Origin: Polyangiaceae bacterium
GTDB taxonomy: Bacteria; Myxococcota_A; Polyangia; Polyangiales; Polyangiaceae
Reading direction: 5' to 3'
NCBI GenBank assembly: GCA_035063585.1
Contig: JAPSGB010000022.1
Location: 1 to 64,000, forward strand
Length of the DNA: 64,000 bases
A model generated the notes under the pieces. The model was not told where the DNA came from. It was given only the letters and a program-made list of their open reading frames with translations, and made no database searches. This document shows, piece after piece, positions 19,035-28,179 of the stretch. Position numbers and translations under genes: made by a program. How positions within the stretch are numbered: the first letter of the stretch is position 1; each line of letters begins with the position of its first letter.

Positions 19035-20782
19035 TGAGCGATCACGCATCCGCCCACGGCCATTCCGAGAGCTTCTTCATGAAGTATCTGTGGTCGACCG
19101 ACCACAAGATGATCGCGAAGCAGTACCTCATCACCGGCATGTTGATGGGGCTCATCGGCGGCTATTTTGCCTATGCCTTCCGCATGCAGCTCGGCTTCCC
19201 GGGGATCAACGTCCCCGGGTACGGTCAGGTCTCGCCGGCCGAGTACAACGCGCTGGTCACGAGCCACGGCTCGGTGATGGTGTTCTGGGTCTCCATGCCC
19301 GTGCTCATCGCCGCCTTCGGCAACTACCTCATCCCGCTGATGGTCGGATGCGACGACATGGCGTTCCCTCGGTTGAACCGCCTCTCGTATCAGATCTTCC
19401 TTCTTAGCATCCTCGTCTTCTTCGCGTCGTTCTTCGCTAGCGGCGGCGCCTTCGGCGGCGCGTGGACGAGCTATCCGCCGCTCTCCGCCAAGGCGCAGTA
19501 CAGCCTCACCTCGTGGGGCTCGAGCCTCTGGCTCATCGCGGTGGCGCTCGAGTTCGTCGCGTTCCTGCTCGGCGGTATCAACTTCATCGTCACCGCCATG
19601 AACTCGCGCGCTCCGGGCATGAAGATGTTCGACGTGCCGATCGTGGTGTGGATGATCATCATCGCCGCCATCGTGTTCATGGGCTCGGTCGGGCCGCTGG
19701 TGGCTGGCGCGGTGATGCTGCTCTTCGACCAGCGACTCGGGACGTCCTTCTTCGACCCCACGCGCGGTGGCGACCCCGTCCTCTGGCAGCACCTCTTCTG
19801 GTTCTTCGGTCACCCCGAGGTGTACGTCGTGCTGCTCCCGGCGGTCGGGATCGTCGCCGAGGTCATCACGGTGTTCTCGCGCAAGAAGCTCTTCGGCTAC
19901 CGCACCGTGCTCTATACGGCGTTTGCCACCGGCATCCTCAGCTTCTTCGTGTGGGCGCACCACCAGTTCATCGCCGGAATCGACCCGCGGATGGCGAACG
20001 TGTTCACCGTGACGACGCTGCTCATCTCGATCCCCATCGCCGAGATGATGTTCGTCTACATCGCCACGCTCTATGGGGGCTCCATCACGCTCACCACGCC
20101 GATGCTCTGGGCGCTCGCCTTCATCGCTGAGTTCTTGATCGGCGGCGTGACCGGCATCTATCTCGGGTCGAGCGGCTCGGATCTCTACTTCCACGACACG
20201 TACTTCGTGCTCGCGCACTTCCACTACACCTTCGTGCCCATCGCCATCATCGCGACCTTCGCGGGGATCACCTTCTGGTACCCGAAGATGTTCGGCCGGA
20301 TGCTCGACGAGCGGCTCGGCAAGATTCACTTCTGGGGCACGGTCATCCCCTTCAACGGCGTGTTCATCCCGCTCTTCATCGCGGGCGCGCTCGGCGATCA
20401 CCGGCGCATCTACAGCTACGAGTCCTTCCCGGATCTGGCGCGGCTCCAGCCGCTCCGCGAGATCGCGACCATCTCGCTCTTGGTGATGCTCGCCTTCCAG
20501 GTGCCCTTCTTGGTGAACTTCGTGAAGAGCATGTTCTCCGGCAAGGTGGCAGGCAAGAACCCCTGGCGGTCGAACACGCTCGAGTGGACGGCCGAATCTC
20601 CGCCGCCCCACGGCAACTTCGCGGTGCTCCCGACCGTCTACCGCGGGCCCTACGAGTACAGCGTGCCGGGGCGTGAGGACGACTTCTGGCCGCAGGATCA
20701 GCCGCCGGAGCCGGGGTCGGAGCCCACCGAGCAGGACGAGTCCGCGGCGGAGCCGGGAGCGACGGCGGCGGTGGCGTCATGA
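19031..20782 (+). CDS. coxA: Heme-copper oxidase subunit I, A-family
   Basis: STDHK, SHG, DMAFPRLN, WFFGHPEVY, WAHH, HDTYFVLAHFHY, RR pair. Confidence 0.97.
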   Translation: MMSDHASAHGHSESFFMKYLWSTDHKMIAKQYLITGMLMGLIGGYFAYAFRMQLGFPGINVPGYGQVSPAEYNALVTSHGSVMVFWVSMPVLIAAFGNYLIPLMVGCDDMAFPRLNRLSYQIFLLSILVFFASFFASGGAFGGAWTSYPPLSAKAQYSLTSWGSSLWLIAVALEFVAFLLGGINFIVTAMNSRAPGMKMFDVPIVVWMIIIAAIVFMGSVGPLVAGAVMLLFDQRLGTSFFDPTRGGDPVLWQHLFWFFGHPEVYVVLLPAVGIVAEVITVFSRKKLFGYRTVLYTAFATGILSFFVWAHHQFIAGIDPRMANVFTVTTLLISIPIAEMMFVYIATLYGGSITLTTPMLWALAFIAEFLIGGVTGIYLGSSGSDLYFHDTYFVLAHFHYTFVPIAIIATFAGITFWYPKMFGRMLDERLGKIHFWGTVIPFNGVFIPLFIAGALGDHRRIYSYESFPDLARLQPLREIATISLLVMLAFQVPFLVNFVKSMFSGKVAGKNPWRSNTLEWTAESPPPHGNFAVLPTVYRGPYEYSVPGREDDFWPQDQPPEPGSEPTEQDESAAEPGATAAVAS

Positions 20783-21348
20783 GGCCGGTCGCGACCACGC
20801 GCAGCGCCACCGGCATGCCCACCGGGCGGCTCGCCGTCTGGTGGCTCATCGCCTCCGAAATCGTGATCTTCGGCGGGCTCTTGACCTCCTACGTCATGCA
20901 CCGCATCGGGCATCCGGAGTTCGGGGACTACGCGGCCCATACCAACACCGCGGCCGGCGCGATAAATACGTTGGTCCTCCTCACCTCGAGCCTGGCAGCC
21001 GTGCTCGCGCATCAGGCAGCGGGGCAAGGAGACGGCAAGAAGGCTGCGCGGCTGCTCTGGTTCACGGTGCTCGGCGGAGTGTGCTTTCTCTTTATCAAGG
21101 CCTTCGAGTGGACGCATGAGATCCGCGAGGGCCTCGTCATCAGCAAGAACATGTTCTGGGCCTTTTACTATACGGCGACCGGGCTCCATGGCCTCCACGT
21201 CATCGTCGGGATGATCGCGATGATGATCATCGCTCGTGACGCGGCCAAGGGCCGGGAGCTCCAGCGGGTCGAGAACGTGGGCCTCTACTGGCACTTCGTC
21301 GACGTCGTCTGGATCTTCCTCTTCCCGCTCCTCTATATCGCCAAGTGA
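20779..21348 (+). CDS. coxC: Cytochrome c oxidase subunit III
   Basis: SEIVIFGGL, NTLVLLTSS, FYYTATGLHGLHV, GLYWHFVDVVWIFLFPLLY. Confidence 0.93.
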   Translation: MRPVATTRSATGMPTGRLAVWWLIASEIVIFGGLLTSYVMHRIGHPEFGDYAAHTNTAAGAINTLVLLTSSLAAVLAHQAAGQGDGKKAARLLWFTVLGGVCFLFIKAFEWTHEIREGLVISKNMFWAFYYTATGLHGLHVIVGMIAMMIIARDAAKGRELQRVENVGLYWHFVDVVWIFLFPLLYIAK

Positions 21349-21368
21349 TCGAAAAGGTGAGTCTAGGG

Positions 21369-21755
21369 ATGTCCTCCGAGAACGACACTGAGAAAAAGTC
21401 GGACGAGAGCCACGCTCACCACCCGAGCTACGTGAAGATCTGGGCGATCCTGGTGGTGCTCCTCGGGCTGAGCGTCGCGGGCCCGCACCTCGGCATCGAG
21501 ATCATCACGCTCATCACCGCCTTCGGGATCGCGGTGGTCAAGGCGTACCTGGTGGCGAAGCACTTCATGCACGTGAACCTGGAGAAGCGCTACGTCGTCT
21601 ACCTGATCGCGACCTGCCTGGGCTTCATGGGCCTGCTCTACGCGGGCGTCGCGCCCGACGTGATGCGTCACAGCGGCCGGAACTGGCATAATCTCGCGGC
21701 CCAGGACGAGGTGAAGCGCGCGATCGCCGAGCACGCGCACCACCCGAAGGAGTGA
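21369..21755 (+). CDS. Cytochrome c oxidase subunit IV (CtaF/CoxD-like)
   Basis: Y..IW..L..L, AVVKAYLVAKHFMH motif, 3 TM helices. Confidence 0.85.
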   Translation: MSSENDTEKKSDESHAHHPSYVKIWAILVVLLGLSVAGPHLGIEIITLITAFGIAVVKAYLVAKHFMHVNLEKRYVVYLIATCLGFMGLLYAGVAPDVMRHSGRNWHNLAAQDEVKRAIAEHAHHPKE

Positions 21756-21761
21756 TGGGCG

Positions 21762-22361
21762 ATGACCACGAGCGCGGTCGCCGGGATGGAGCGAGCGTCG
21801 GGTGAGCAGACCCGACGCCCGAACGTCGCGCCGAACGCGGTCGCGGGGATGCTCATCTTCATCGTCGCGGAGGTGATGTTCTTCGCGGCCTTCATCAGCG
21901 CATTCACCATCGACCGCGCCCAAGAGCGCGGGCCCTGGCCGCCGCCCGGTCAGCCGCGGCTCCCGATCGAGGCGACGGCCATCAATACCTTTGCGCTCCT
22001 CGCGAGCGGCGTGGCGATGTATCTCGCGGCGCGCGCTTACCGGCGCGGCCCGAGCGCGGCCCGCGCGCCGCTCCTCGCGAGCCTGGCGCTCGGCGCGTTC
22101 TTCCTCGTGTCTCAGGGGCGCGAGTGGGTCGAGCTCATCGGCCAGGGGCTCACGCTCCGCACGAGTCTGCACGGGAGCTTCTTCTATCTCATCGTCGGCG
22201 CGCACGGGCTTCACGTCCTCTCGGGGCTCGTCGCCCTCGCCCTCGCGTACGCGAGCGTGCAGCGCGGCAAGGACGCGCCCGGTCTCTTCGCGGCTGCCAA
22301 GCTCTTCTGGTACTTCGTGGTCCTCTTGTGGCCGGCGCTCTACCTGCGGGTGTACTGGTGA
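21762..22361 (+). CDS. Second subunit III-like protein
   Basis: EVMFFAAFIS, NTFALLASG, FFYLIVGAHGLHV, FWYFV; diverged C-terminal motif. Confidence 0.88.
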   Translation: MTTSAVAGMERASGEQTRRPNVAPNAVAGMLIFIVAEVMFFAAFISAFTIDRAQERGPWPPPGQPRLPIEATAINTFALLASGVAMYLAARAYRRGPSAARAPLLASLALGAFFLVSQGREWVELIGQGLTLRTSLHGSFFYLIVGAHGLHVLSGLVALALAYASVQRGKDAPGLFAAAKLFWYFVVLLWPALYLRVYW

Positions 22362-22612
22362 TGAGGGCTGGGCTCGGCGCGGCGCTCGCCGCGGTCGTCT
22401 TGCTGGCGGCGCACGCCGCGCACGCCGATCAGGTCTGCGAGTCACCCGAGACGCAAGCGGCCTTCGTCAAGATGACCGCGTTCATGAGCCTCACTCCGCT
22501 CGCGCTCATCGGGGGGCTCATCGTGGCCGCCGTTCGACGGATGCGCGCGGCGGAGCGCGCGCATGAGCTGTTTGCCGCGGACGGGAGCGCGGCCCCCACG
22601 GACGAGAGATGA
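22361..22612 (+). CDS. Small membrane protein (signal peptide + TM)
   Basis: TGATG overlap upstream and ATGA overlap downstream; MRAGLGAALAAVVLLAAHAAHA then DQVC and one TM helix. Confidence 0.7.
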   Translation: MRAGLGAALAAVVLLAAHAAHADQVCESPETQAAFVKMTAFMSLTPLALIGGLIVAAVRRMRAAERAHELFAADGSAAPTDER

Positions 22613-23751
22613 CGCGCCCGGCGCGGCGCCGGAGCCTCGCGATCCTGGCGGTGGTCGGCGTGTGGGCGGTGCTGCTCGTCGCGGTCGCCGCGGCGCGTCG
22701 CGAGGCGCGCGTGCGCGCCGCGGCTCCGCCCGCCGCGGGGCCCCTGCCGGTCCTCTGGGAGCTTCCGGCGTTCTCGTTCCGTGATCAACACGGCGAGACG
22801 GTGTCCCGCGAGTCGCTCCGCGGTCACGTCGTCGTAGCAAACTTCATCTTCACCCGCTGCACCACGGTGTGCCCGCTCACCACCGCGAAGATGAACGTGC
22901 TTCGCCGTAGCGTGCGCCGCGAGGACGCGCGGTTCGTCTCGTTCTCGGTGGATCCTGAGTACGACACGCCGGCGCGGCTCCTCGACTACGCGCGTCGCTG
23001 GAAAGATGACACGCGCTGGCACTTGCTCAGCACCGACGCCGCGGGCCTGGACGCGGTCGCGAGCGCGATGAAGGTCACCGTGGAGAAGAGCCGCGATCCG
23101 CGGAACCCCATCATTCACACCACGCTCTTCTTCCTCGCCGATCGCGAGGGCAAGGTGCGCGGCGTCTACGACAGCGACGATGATCGCCTGCTCGAGCGGC
23201 TGGCGAGCGATGCCGAGGAGCTCGAGCGCGACGCGACCAGCGCGAGCGCGGCGGACCCCCGGCCGGAGCCGAGCGACGGCGCGAGCGCGGAGCGCCTATT
23301 CCAGTCGGCGGGGTGCGCCGGCTGCCATGACGATCGGCGCGTGGCGCCCCCGCTCGGCGGGCTTCCGGGCTCACCGGTGACGCTCGCGAGCGGCGAGACG
23401 ATCATCGTCGATCGCGGCTACCTCCGGCGCTCGATCCTGGAGCCCAGGTCGGAGCGAGCCTCCGGCTTCGTCGTCACCATGCCCTCGTATCGCGGGAAGC
23501 TCACGAACGCGGAGGTGGAGCTCCTGGTCGACTACCTCGAGAGGTTGCCCGCCTCGCCGCACGCTCCGCCTCCCGGAGGGCCCGGCCGGGCGAGCCGCGC
23601 GGAGAAGACCGTAGATCCGGTGTGCGGGATGACCGTGCTCGCGAGCGAGGACGCACCGCACGCGCTCCACGACGGCAAGCGCTACACCTTCTGCAGCGAC
23701 GCCTGCCGCGAGCGCTTCGTGAAGGAGCCGGCGCGCTACCTGAAGCGCTGA
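22609..23751 (+). CDS. SCO/SenC + cytochrome c + YHS fusion
   Basis: FIFTRCTTVCP and later HT (SCO); CAGCH...MP (heme c); DPVCGM...YTFCSDAC (YHS). Confidence 0.88.
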   Translation: MTRPARRRSLAILAVVGVWAVLLVAVAAARREARVRAAAPPAAGPLPVLWELPAFSFRDQHGETVSRESLRGHVVVANFIFTRCTTVCPLTTAKMNVLRRSVRREDARFVSFSVDPEYDTPARLLDYARRWKDDTRWHLLSTDAAGLDAVASAMKVTVEKSRDPRNPIIHTTLFFLADREGKVRGVYDSDDDRLLERLASDAEELERDATSASAADPRPEPSDGASAERLFQSAGCAGCHDDRRVAPPLGGLPGSPVTLASGETIIVDRGYLRRSILEPRSERASGFVVTMPSYRGKLTNAEVELLVDYLERLPASPHAPPPGGPGRASRAEKTVDPVCGMTVLASEDAPHALHDGKRYTFCSDACRERFVKEPARYLKR

Positions 23752-23755
23752 GCGT

Positions 23756-23780
23756 CCGCGAGGTTCCGCGCCGGACCGGC
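23756..23780 (+). repeat. Dispersed REP-like element, forward copy
   Basis: ccgcgaggttccgcgccggaccggc is identical to the first 25 nt of array units 1 and 3; 4 nt after the operon's last stop. Confidence 0.8.
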
Positions 23781-23871
23781 CTCACCCGCTCCCGGGCTCG
23801 CCCTGCGCGCGGTTCGTCGCGGAGCGCGAGGCCTCGCGGGTGAGCGCGTGCGGGGTGGGGCGCGGCGCGTC

Positions 23872-24543
23872 CTAGAATGTCAGGCGCGCGCCGACCGTGA
23901 AAGCGCGCGGCGCCGGCGGAGCTCCGGCAGGAGCGGGCTCGATGTGGGTGCGTGAGGCGAAGTAGAGCCCGATGCCGCCCGCGGTGAGCACCCCGCCAGC
24001 GGCGAGCATCGGCACCGCGACCTTGGTCTTGTCGAACGAGCCCGAGTCCTCCGACGCGGTACCGCTCAAGAGCACGGCCGCCCCGCCGAGCACTCCGAGG
24101 ATCCCGAGCCCGAGCGCGAGCGACCCGAGGGTGCTGAGGTCCGAGGAGCCGGTCCGCACGTCGAGGCTCACCGGCTCCGCGCCGACCGAGAGGGGGAGCG
24201 CTTGCGCGGTCACGCCGTCGTCGTCGACCTCGAGCAGGTAGTCTCCCGGCGGGAGCTCGAGCGAGAGAGGCGCCACGCCGACCCGGATGAAATCGTATTC
24301 GGTCGGCGCCGGGCCGCCCGGCTTCACGCGCGCCACGTAGACCTGCACGGCCCGCGTCGTGGTGATCGTCACCAGGGTGCCGCTCCCGAGCGGGCTCCGG
24401 CTCGGGCGGTCTGGGCTCGGTCGCGCGGCTGCCGGCGGCGTCAGCGCAGGCGCGCTCGACTCCGCGGGCGTCTCGGCGAGCGCGGGCGCGGCGGCGAACA
24501 GGAGCGCGAGCGCTGCGCTCGTGGCGCGCCGGCGCGCCGTCAC
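23872..24543 (-). CDS. Secreted/membrane protein with PEGA-like domain
   Basis: Signal peptide, G.APL..ELPPGDY.LEV pattern, two hydrophobic segments, C-terminal ...GARLTF; GTGA overlap with the NUDIX stop. Confidence 0.7.
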   Translation of the reverse strand: MTARRRATSAALALLFAAAPALAETPAESSAPALTPPAAARPSPDRPSRSPLGSGTLVTITTTRAVQVYVARVKPGGPAPTEYDFIRVGVAPLSLELPPGDYLLEVDDDGVTAQALPLSVGAEPVSLDVRTGSSDLSTLGSLALGLGILGVLGGAAVLLSGTASEDSGSFDKTKVAVPMLAAGGVLTAGGIGLYFASRTHIEPAPAGAPPAPRAFTVGARLTF

Positions 24544-24938
24544 GCGAGCCCGAGGAGCTTGTTCATCGACAGCTCGTCGGCCGGCGTGAACGGATACTGC
24601 TCGAAATCGGCGCTCGTTACCCACTTGAACGCGTGGACGTTACGCTCGACGGGCTCGCCGCTCGAGATTCGACACTCGTAGAGATAGAGATCTACCGCGT
24701 AGTGCTCGTACGGATGCGTGACGAAGCTGATGAGCCGCCCGGGCTCGATGTCCACCCCGAGCCGGTGCTTGACCTCGCGGCGGAGCGCGTCGTCGTCCGT
24801 CTCGCGCTCCTCGACGCGACCGCCAGGAAACTCCCAGAGCAGCGGGAGGACCGCGGTCGGGCGCCGCTGCGTGATGAGGTACTGGCCGTCGCGCTCGATG
24901 ACGGCTGCCACCACGCGAATGGTTAGACGTACGGACAT
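24540..24938 (-). CDS. NUDIX hydrolase, MutT/NudG-like
   Basis: VVAAVI, WEFPGGRVEERETDDDALRREVKHRLG (degenerate Nudix box), PAD. Confidence 0.88.
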   Translation of the reverse strand: MSVRLTIRVVAAVIERDGQYLITQRRPTAVLPLLWEFPGGRVEERETDDDALRREVKHRLGVDIEPGRLISFVTHPYEHYAVDLYLYECRISSGEPVERNVHAFKWVTSADFEQYPFTPADELSMNKLLGLA

Positions 24939-24971
24939 CGGCGGGGTGCGACGCTCACGGGTCGCGTCTCC

Positions 24972-26048
24972 TCAGAAATCGCAGCGGAAGAGCTGCTGGC
25001 CCATGAGCAGGATGTCGTGCGGCTTGAGCGGGTGCTCGCTCGACACGCGCGCGAAGGTGCCGTTCGAGCTCCCGACGTCCGTGAGGTAGATCGCGCCGTC
25101 TTGACCGCGCGCGACGCGGCAGTGGAGGCCGGAGACGTAGCCGTCCTCGGAGAAGAGGATGTCGCCGCGCTCGCGGCCGCAGTGGACGCCGCGCTCCGGG
25201 ATCGGGAACGCATTGCCGGTCGTGTCTCGGCCGATGACCAGCGCGAGTCGCCCGATGAAGCCCCTCGACGGGCTGCCGAAGCGGAGCACGCCGTCCGGCC
25301 CCGCGGGCTGCGATTTCAGCGCCTCCAGGCGAATGATCTCCTGGCCGATCCGGAACAGATCTCCGAACTCGAGCTTCCACGGCTCGTTCGGGTTGAGCTT
25401 GATGTAGACGCCGTTGAGCGAGCCCTCGTCCTTCACGAACACCTGGTTACCGCGGCGCGTGAAGGTGGCGTGGCGCGGCGACAAGTAGCTGTCGCCCGCG
25501 AAGATGGAGCCCGTGTCTCGTCCGACCGTGACCGATGGGGCGTCCGGGAGCAGTTGCGAGCCGGCCTCGCTGCCGTCCGCGCGGAGCGCGGTCAGGGTCA
25601 GGCTCGGCCCGTTCGTGCTGGCGACCGCAGCCGCGGCGGGTGCCGGCGCGGCGGGAGGAGCCGCCGAGCGGAGCGCCGCCAGGTTGTAGCCGCACGCCGC
25701 GCAGAAGCGATTGTCCGGGGTGTTCTTGTGTCCGCACTGCGGGCAGTCCACCTCGCCGCTCGCCGGAGCCGCGGCAGGAGGCGGCGCATTCGACGCCGGC
25801 CGCGGGGGGACGACGACCGGCTGCGACGAGAACACCGGCGCGGGCGCGGGGATCGGCGCGGGCGCCGGCGCGGGGATCGGCGCGGCTGGAACCGGAGCGG
25901 CCGCCGCTGCGGGCACCCCCTGGGGCGGCGTCTGTACGGAGAACGGCTTGGGCGCCGTGTCACGTGGCAGCGGAGATCCGCACTTGAGACAGAACTTGTA
26001 GTGGTCCTGGTTCTCCGAGCCGCACTTCGGATTCGTACAAGTGATCAC
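24972..26048 (-). CDS. Double zinc-ribbon + double FHA domain protein
   Basis: Two CxxC...CxxC ribbons; FHA1 VGR...SPRHA...SLNG; FHA2 GR...VSGLHC...SSNGTF. Confidence 0.9.
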   Translation of the reverse strand: MITCTNPKCGSENQDHYKFCLKCGSPLPRDTAPKPFSVQTPPQGVPAAAAAPVPAAPIPAPAPAPIPAPAPVFSSQPVVVPPRPASNAPPPAAAPASGEVDCPQCGHKNTPDNRFCAACGYNLAALRSAAPPAAPAPAAAAVASTNGPSLTLTALRADGSEAGSQLLPDAPSVTVGRDTGSIFAGDSYLSPRHATFTRRGNQVFVKDEGSLNGVYIKLNPNEPWKLEFGDLFRIGQEIIRLEALKSQPAGPDGVLRFGSPSRGFIGRLALVIGRDTTGNAFPIPERGVHCGRERGDILFSEDGYVSGLHCRVARGQDGAIYLTDVGSSNGTFARVSSEHPLKPHDILLMGQQLFRCDF

Positions 26049-26188
26049 GCGAGGCCTCCTGCGCCGACCGGACCGCGCGGGGCACCTGAACCGCCCCGCC
26101 GGATTCCAACCTCGGCAAGTGCGCGATTATCCACGCTCTCCTCCGAGGGTCAAGGCTCGCGGGCGCAGCGCGCCGCCGGCCCCGGCTC

Positions 26189-26785
26189 CTAGCCAGACAG
26201 CACGGCCAGCGCCTCGCGCAGCAGCTCCGGCAGCGAGGCCGTCGGGAGCTCTTTTTCCAGGGATTTCACCGCCCGCTCGGCCTCGGCCGGGCGATAGCCC
26301 ATGTTCACGAGCGCGGTGACGAGCCGACCCGCGATGTCGGAGAGGGGGGGGGCGGCGCCGCCGGGTCGGTCGCTCGGTAGCTCGGGCAGCTTCTCCTTGA
26401 GCTCGAGGACGAGCCGCTCGGCGATCTTCTTGCCGATGCCCGGGACCCGCGTGAGGCGACCGACGTCGGCCGCGCGCACCGCCTGCACGAGCTCCAGGGT
26501 CGGCAGCGCCGAGAGCACGTTGATGGCCGTGCGCGGGCCGACGTTGGGCACCGTGATGAGCAGCCGAAACACGCCGCGCTCCGCCTCCGACGCGAAGCCG
26601 AAGAGCTCGAGCGCGTCTTCGCGCACGTGGGTGTGGACGGAGAAGGTGAGCCGCTCGCCGTCGCGTGGCGCCCGCGCGGTCGCGCCGAGCGGCACGGTCA
26701 GCTCGTAGCCCACGCCGCCGACGTCGAGCACGACGCGTCCGTCGAGCTGCTCGGCCGCGAGCGTCCCGGTGAGCCGCCCGATCAT
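26189..26785 (-). CDS. ruvA: Holliday junction branch migration protein RuvA
   Basis: MIGRLTG, GGVGYE, HVRED..LFGF, VGPRTA, PGIGKK.AER...ELK.K, ALVNMGY. Confidence 0.97.
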   Translation of the reverse strand: MIGRLTGTLAAEQLDGRVVLDVGGVGYELTVPLGATARAPRDGERLTFSVHTHVREDALELFGFASEAERGVFRLLITVPNVGPRTAINVLSALPTLELVQAVRAADVGRLTRVPGIGKKIAERLVLELKEKLPELPSDRPGGAAPPLSDIAGRLVTALVNMGYRPAEAERAVKSLEKELPTASLPELLREALAVLSG

Positions 26786-26894
26786 CGCGTCGCCTCGCGC
26801 CGTTCCACGCAGAGCGACCCTAGCAGATCGGGGCGGCTCGGGCCCCGTGCTCAATCCCTCCTGAGCATGCGCCGCAGCGTGCTAGAAGCTCCCC

Positions 26895-27164
26895 ATGGCG
26901 CTCTCGCGCGGTCTCTGGCTCTCTGCGCTGGCGGTGACGCTGGTGGCGTGCGGCGGCTCTTCGAGCGAGACGCCGCCGCCGCTCGAGCCCGATCTCGCAC
27001 GCCTCGCGCCGCCGAGCTCGCCAGGCGGTCGCGAGCCCGCCGACCCGTCCGCCGCGGAGCCCGCCGACGACGAGCTCGTGGAGGCCGCGCCCTCGACCTG
27101 GGGCAGCGGCTCGGATGGCGGCGCGCCGTCCGCTAGAACGCGCCGCTCAACGACACCCCCGTGA
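26895..27164 (+). CDS. Small Pro-rich lipoprotein
   Basis: LVAC lipobox; overlaps the convergent gene by 32 nt. Confidence 0.55.
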   Translation: MALSRGLWLSALAVTLVACGGSSSETPPPLEPDLARLAPPSSPGGREPADPSAAEPADDELVEAAPSTWGSGSDGGAPSARTRRSTTPP

Positions 27165-27984
27165 ACCCGGAGCCGACCACCGGGCTCACCGCGGGCCGCA
27201 GGCTCGGCCGCTCGCGGACGCGCGCGCTCTTGGCGCTCGGCGCCGGCTTCGAGAGGAAGTACCAGGCGAGCCCGCCCGCACCGACGACCAGCCCGGTGAC
27301 GCTGATGCCGGCCGTCACGTTGCGCAGGGTCAACGCCGCGTTGGCGTCGCTCTCGATGCCCGGGTTCGGGCATCGCTGGTTCGGGCACTGGTCCCGATAG
27401 TCCGCGACGCGCCCGCGCTCGATCAGGTAGCCGATCCCGCCGCCGAGGAACAGCGCGCCACCCGCGCCCGCGACGATGAGCGGCAAGATCGGGCGCCGCC
27501 CCGTCTCCTCCGGAGGGGGCGGGGGAGGCGGCTCGCTCGTCGGCGTGATGCTCGCCGTCGGAGGCGGCACGGCCGCCGCCTGCGCCGCGATCTGCTCGTT
27601 CAGGGTCTCTACGCGTCGCTCGATCTGGTCTCGCTGCGGCGTGCCGGGCTCGCGCGCGAGGTATGTGTTCAGCGCGACGACGGCCTGCGCCTTCTGGCCG
27701 TCGAGCTCGAAGGCGCGCGCGAGGTTGAGGAGCAGCGCGTTCGCGGTGCAGTCGCGACGCAGCGCTTCCTCCCAGTTGTCGATCGCCTTCTTGTAGTTGC
27801 CTTCGTTGAAAGAGGTCTGCCCGAGCTGGAACGCGGCCTTGGCCGTGTTTACCTCGACCTCGCTCGGCTTCGTGTTCGTGCACGCCGGGTACTGGTGGGT
27901 CGCCGGCTCCGCGGCCATGACGACCACCGGGACCGCCGCGAGGGCCAAGCCGGCCAAGCAGGAAACGAGCCGCTTTCGCATCAT
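27133..27984 (-). CDS. Secreted TPR protein with C-terminal hydrophobic segments
   Basis: AAGGAG RBS, signal peptide, A...FQLG...FNEGNY..AI..WE...LLNLARAFE TPR, Pro linker, C-terminal ...LSGAF. Confidence 0.82.
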   Translation of the reverse strand: MMRKRLVSCLAGLALAAVPVVVMAAEPATHQYPACTNTKPSEVEVNTAKAAFQLGQTSFNEGNYKKAIDNWEEALRRDCTANALLLNLARAFELDGQKAQAVVALNTYLAREPGTPQRDQIERRVETLNEQIAAQAAAVPPPTASITPTSEPPPPPPPEETGRRPILPLIVAGAGGALFLGGGIGYLIERGRVADYRDQCPNQRCPNPGIESDANAALTLRNVTAGISVTGLVVGAGGLAWYFLSKPAPSAKSARVRERPSLRPAVSPVVGSGFTGVSLSGAF

Positions 27985-28065
27985 GCGCTCCTTCGGGATA
28001 CGTCGGAGCCGGTAGCATAGTCGCTCGCCCGCTCCCATCTCAAACTCTCGACGGAGCCGGGGCTC

Positions 28066-28179
28066 CGAGGGCTGGTCGGCGCGGCGCGGAATCTCGCGTG
28101 GCGGCCCGCCGGTCCGCGCGCTCGCCCGGCTCCGTCCGTCAATCCGCGGGGTTCCGCGCCGGACCGGCACCCTCCAGAA
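28066..28179. repeat. Inverted pair of REP-like elements in a divergent intergenic region
   Basis: Reverse copy ~28066-28098 (rc cgcgagattccgcgccgcgccgaccagccct); forward copy 28144-28179 (ccgcggggttccgcgccggaccggcaccctccagaa). Confidence 0.7.

Noticed and set aside
19031..20782. Calling CoxA a nitric oxide reductase
   Set aside because: The cross-link Tyr in HPEVY, D-channel residues and subunits III/IV are retained, consistent with an A-family O2 reductase.
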